25,516 nucleotides of DNA from Octopus sinensis (Eukaryota), in contig NW_021836081.1 in the NCBI RefSeq assembly GCF_006345805.1, positions 1 to 25,516 on the forward strand, written 5' to 3'. Shown in pieces: positions 21,966 through 25,516 of this stretch. The notes beneath the pieces are model-generated. The model worked only from the letters and a program-made list of their open reading frames with translations, had not been told where the DNA came from and made no database searches. Position 1 is the first letter of the stretch, and each line of letters begins with the position of its first letter. A program made the position numbers and the translations under genes.

Positions 21966-22670
21966 GAGTGCATATACGTACATACGTATATATATATATA
22001 TTTGAACAACCCCTAAGCAAGTAAATAGTATTTTCCTAAACAATAGATTCACTTATTTCGGTTAGTGACTTATTCACGAATATACCAACACTTGCGTCCC
22101 TGAAGATGATATCCTCTGGGAACGCACAAAAGCCTTTTTCAGAGTTATTTACTTTGAATTGTTATTATATCATATCTGATTACCCTGTTATTACGATTTT
22201 AGTATACATACCTTATTAGTATTTCCTCCTATGTTCTGTATACTCTGGGAATGCATTAAAACCCTTTTCGTGGTTACTTTATTTGAATTCTTATTATCGA
22301 GTAACTAATTTCATGTTGTTACAAAACTGACTTCACAATTTGGGTATTCATAACTTATTGGGAATTCCTAAAAACAAGATCCTGTGTAAGACAGTTCTCT
22401 GTAAATGCACAAAAATCGCTCTAAGGTCTACATACTTTGTATTGTTGTTATTGGATTAGCGAAACAATTATGAGAACTAACTCAAGGGATAAGGCACCGC
22501 TTTCTCGGGAATTATCGGTACGATATCTAGTATATATATATATTCTTTTACTTTTTCAGTCATTTTCAGTCATATTTGAGAAAGAGAGAGAGAAAGAGAT
22601 AGAGAAAAAAAGAGAGAGAGAGCTCTTGTTAGTTTTGGGATGTTGTATTTCTGAAAATCTGTTGTTTCAG

Positions 22671-22763
22671 GTGTTTGAAAACCATGTGTCTCCCGCCTGC
22701 AGGACTGAAACACGGCCGTATCCACTACAGCAGAAACCAGCTTGTTTTCAATGTCAATGATAG
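22671..22763 (+). CDS. Exon 5: last Cys of CCP1 and first half of CCP2 (CLKTMCLPPAGLKHGRIHYSRNQLVFNVND)
   Basis: Acceptor tctgttgtttcAG at 22669-70 and donor GTAAG at 22764. Phases 2/2 match and it supplies the missing fourth Cys of CCP1. Confidence 0.9.
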
Positions 22764-23043
22764 GTAAGAATACATCATATATATATACTCTTCCTACTAT
22801 CTGCCTTTGACGTCGAATCTACTAACGGTTTTTTTAAATACTTAATAACGTTCTGTTTATCATTTAGGCAGTCATCGTAATTGTTATAATGTCTTGTTGT
22901 TGAGATAGCCTCTCTTTCTTTCCTGATGAGAAGATTTCATTTTACACCGTTTATTCCTTTGGAATAAAACCATGTTGTCTTCGAAACATATGTCGAAAGT
23001 AAAGAATTTTAATAACGTCTTCGTTCAACTCCATTTATTTACT

Positions 23044-23079
<36 letters not shown>

Positions 23080-23088
23080 CACATATGC

Positions 23089-24375
23089 CAGAGTGTACCC
23101 GAAAGAAACTGGAATTGTTATTTTATTCACTTGGTTTTACATGTTTACACTTTTTATCTCCTTCAAAGTATTCTCCATTTGAAGCAATGCATCAGTCCAG
23201 GCGTGTTTTCCACTGTTCGAAGCAGTGCTGGATGCGAAGTGATGCCCTTTAACGCCTCCGTCGTTCTTTTTTCACCTCTTCCACATTCGCAAATTCCGTA
23301 GCACCAGCTTGCGTCACCAGTAAGGACCTTCGAAAACAGGTCCGGATCAACTTCCAGCTGTTCCTGCAGTTCACGACATGCATTCAGTCATGACTGCTTT
23401 TGATCTTCCGTGAGAAATCGAAGCACAAATTTTGCTGCAACTCTTTTCGTTTGCATTCCTCGCTCAAAATTTGTTGGCAGGAGGTCCAGGATACACCAGT
23501 CGTATCGACAAGTTCGTCGATTGTTAGGTTGGTCTCCAGGCGACAAGTGACCGTTCCTAAAGCGTGGAAACCACTCTTAAATTTGTTTTGCTCATTGCAG
23601 CGTCCTTATAAGCTGATTGAAGAAATGACAACTATTTCCAGCGCTGTTTGTCCCATATATATATATATATATATATATATAACGGGAAGGTTTACGAAAA
23701 TAAGCAAAAGACGAAGGCAGGTGGAGTACAAACAAACAATTGTATTAGTATGGCGCTCAGGAATAGAAATAGAAAAAGTCTTTTACATTTCGAGCCTACG
23801 CTCTTCGACAGAAAGATACACAGAAAAAAACAAGGAGAGAAACAAGGAGAGAGAGAAATGCGTGTAGGAGCTAACGATCTATCATGGCGTCCTGACTTTG
23901 GACTTCCCATATATATATATATATATATATATGGGATTATCACAGTCTTGAACAGATGATATTGGTTCAACAACCAAAATAGAAAATATGAATGGAGGGA
24001 ATAAATTGCACAAAATTTTAATTCCTGTAAGAGATGACATATCCATTTTGGAAGAGGGGGAGCCAGAATAGAGCACAACCAAGAGTGAAACAACGACAAC
24101 ATTATGCCTGAGCTAAACAAGCGTACATAAACCAGTAGAAAACAGAATTTCACTGAAGTACGTTGTTCCTTCGTTTGAGCCATCGCAAAAATCGACGAAC
24201 AGGGAAGCACTTCAAAACAAAGACACACCACGACGCAGTATGGCATTAGCAAACGACGCCAGTCGGTAGATTGATGCCTGAGGGTCGCATCAAGTGACTT
24301 CAAGCGGCGGAAGCCTGAACCAGAACAGGCTTGGCCAACAGTAAACGTTTCCGGTTACTTTTGGATTCCCCCCAG
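23089..24375 (-). mobile_element. Decayed mariner-family DNA transposon with internal deletion and nested insertion
   Basis: N-terminus MAQTKEQRTSVKFCFLL (ATG at 24183); resumes near 23655 (..AYKDAAMSK..EWFPRFRNG..); KRVAAKFV..LTEDQK and KVLTGDASWCYG (first catalytic Asp); C-terminal NVEEVK..CFEQWK..GEYFEGD. Degenerate TIRs ctggggggaatccaaaagtaaccggaa and cagagtgtacccgaaagaaactggaa; TA at 24376-77. Confidence 0.85.
23690..23865 (-). repeat. Dispersed repeat family F copy nested in the mariner
   Basis: Similar to 13327-13477; bounded by (TA)n on one side. Confidence 0.6.
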
Positions 24376-24441
24376 TACATACATACATACATACATACAT
24401 ACATACATACATACAACATACATACATATATACATATACAG

Positions 24442-24480
<39 letters not shown>

Positions 24481-24525
24481 TATGAACATATATGCATGTG
24501 ATTTATTCATTTTTATTCTATTTAG

Positions 24526-24629
24526 AGTATCCTACTCGTGTGACGACGATTACGTGATTTATGGCGAATCTGTAAGAATCTGTGGGGCTGATGGTAAATG
24601 GTCAGGGTCGGAACCGTTTTGCAGTAAAG
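24526..24629 (+). CDS. Exon 6: second half of CCP2 (VSYSCDDDYVIYGESVRICGADGKWSGSEPFCSK)
   Basis: Acceptor tttttattctatttAG at 24524-25 and donor GTAAAT at 24630. Canonical CCP C-terminal motif Y.C...Y...G...R.C...G.WSG..P.C. Confidence 0.93.
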
Positions 24630-24708
24630 GTAAATTCTTGAAAAATAAAGCCTTTAAACTTTTTCCTCAAATATGTCTTTTTCATTCTCTTAACTCGCTT
24701 AACACTAG

Positions 24709-24764
24709 GATTACTCACTTGTTCCAACGTGCTAAAGCACACGACGCGTCCCCCGGTCCAGTAG
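24709..24764 (+). CDS. Possible short terminal exon (GLLTCSNVLKHTTRPPVQ*)
   Basis: A 79-nt GT-AG intron (24630-24708) with a pyrimidine tract and TTAAC branch-like motifs would join it in phase 1; stop at 24762-64. No homology support. Confidence 0.25.
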
Positions 24765-25389
24765 CTGAAACCCCATTATTACGATCGTATCTGCAATGCC
24801 CTGACTGCTGAGCTAGGTGCCTCGACACTCATATATATGATGATGGACATAGATAGCTACAAACCGTTCGGTCTGGTGATCCCGTCGTCTTTTAGAAGAT
24901 AGTAGGAGTTCTCTGCCCTGCTTGCAACATGTACCGAATGCAAATTGCATCGATAACTAGCTAGAGGAGGCTCTTCCTGGAGTTAAATTCGGTAGTAAAA
25001 TGAGTATTTTTTCCGATGGCCGGATAACTGAAGAGATGGCGGCGTGGATTTCCGCCCCGACATCCGAAACTCGGAGTTTTATCATGGCTACCGAATAATT
25101 GTCACATATTAATTTACAGATAAATTCCTCTATTTACATAATATTGAGGTCTCTTTCATTCTTTTGCTGTCTTACCATTTCTATCAATATATATATATAT
25201 ATATATATAATATTAATTCGAGACAAAACCACTATTTTGCAAAACAAACAAGAAAGACTTAATCAATACATAAACATTTTTAATATAAAGAAATAATATA
25301 TATATATATATTATATATGCATGTATGTATGTATGTAGTGTATATTACACACACAAATATATATATATATATATATATATATCTATATA

Positions 25390-25421
<32 letters not shown>

Positions 25422-25516
25422 AATAAACAGGGAGTATAACTCCAAACTTACAGGGAAAAATTCAATTTAGTATTAAATCAAATTTCACAGTATCAATATA
25501 TAAAATATATAATAGT

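Noticed and set aside
24830-25090. Minus-strand segment faintly resembling a LINE endonuclease motif (GRELLL..RFVAIYV)
   Set aside because: Short and too degenerate to call without a search.

Overview
AT-rich eukaryotic genomic DNA, most likely from a cephalopod (Octopus-type SINE, microsatellite and mariner content; the taxon is inferred from memory of these repeats). Almost all listed six-frame ORFs are artefacts of microsatellites or repeats. The real coding signal is one + strand multi-exon gene the ORF track largely misses: exons 6690-6714, 16558-16675, 18377-18534, 20317-20491, 22671-22763 and 24526-24629. All introns are GT-AG and all five junctions match in phase (1,2,1,2,2). The spliced product is 224 aa and open at the 3' end: MKLLLLSQVFSFMTVQISSA|ENQGCPDSLVSCPCGRDLMKEVDIPIEMCRNFTFGWFFPKLRCLTCHSLIPEAVCRPYKRCTDCRPDGISSCIPYKKDRQIRRNHCPRPLLLPNGHITVDKEPQPGSVVKYKCANRYVLKGQPKRTCGGDFRWIGGPPTCLKTMCLPPAGLKHGRIHYSRNQLVFNVNDRVSYSCDDDYVIYGESVRICGADGKWSGSEPFCSK. 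It comprises a signal peptide, a 10-Cys domain and two sushi/CCP domains. The cysteine spacing of the 10-Cys domain matches, from my recollection of that sequence, the N-terminal LPS-sensing Cys-rich region of horseshoe-crab Factor C, but it lacks Factor C's EGF-like module and its R-W-R LPS-binding tripeptide. The introns and flanks hold four SINE families (one forming multimers and a nested insertion with a TSD), an R4/Dong-type LINE fragment, a decayed mariner and a MITE-like element. There are also several long fold-back palindromes, one with a hammerhead-like core at its apex.
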